Assembly (NCBI GenBank): GCA_043732185.1
Contig: JAYTHY010000045.1
Coordinates: 1 to 36,587 of the forward strand
Direction of reading: 5' to 3'
Length of the DNA: 36,587 nt
Source: Fibrobacteria bacterium
Lineage (GTDB): Bacteria; Fibrobacterota; Fibrobacteria; UBA11236
Positions 36,537-36,587 of the stretch are shown piece by piece; the stretch's first letter is position 1; each line of letters starts with the position of its first letter. Under the pieces are notes generated by a model. It saw nothing but the letters and a program-made list of their open reading frames with translations. It searched no databases and was not told the DNA's origin. The position numbers were made by a program, and so were the translations under genes.

Positions 36537-36587
36537 CTTGAGATCAAGGGCTAGATTACTGGATGACCAAATGAGGTCTGATTATTG

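Overview
Gene-dense chromosomal window from a diderm bacterium, with about 36 coding regions and no rRNA, tRNA or CRISPR array. T9SS-like C-terminal sorting domains occur together with fliW-csrA, which suggests the FCB group, possibly Fibrobacterota (inference). About 30.6 kb of moderately GC-rich backbone carries a GH26 lipoprotein, an S1/P1 nuclease, rpiA, DUF502, an HtrA/DegP protease and fliW-csrA. It also carries an ECF sigma/anti-sigma/Spy-like operon, a DUF1800-DUF1501 pair, and a permuted flavin reductase fused to a membrane 4Fe-4S domain next to a DedA/TVP38 gene. Further along are a nitrilase, an SRPBCC protein, a single-domain response regulator, a PduO-type adenosyltransferase, an aminotransferase, a Nudix hydrolase, hemF, lgt, rlmN, a lipoprotein/outer-membrane barrel pair, yhhQ, rnhA and mgtC. 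After a solo IS630-type HTH gene the sequence becomes clearly AT-rich (about 30.6-36.5 kb). This segment encodes a UbiA-family prenyltransferase, an outer-membrane barrel and two paralogous multi-TM sensor histidine kinases, one of which has Lys in place of its phospho-acceptor His. This AT-rich module is the best candidate for an undescribed system, possibly prenylated-signal production and sensing. Several start codons were moved downstream of the ORF-track start using RBS, signal-peptide or domain evidence. All family calls come from motif recognition, not database searches.
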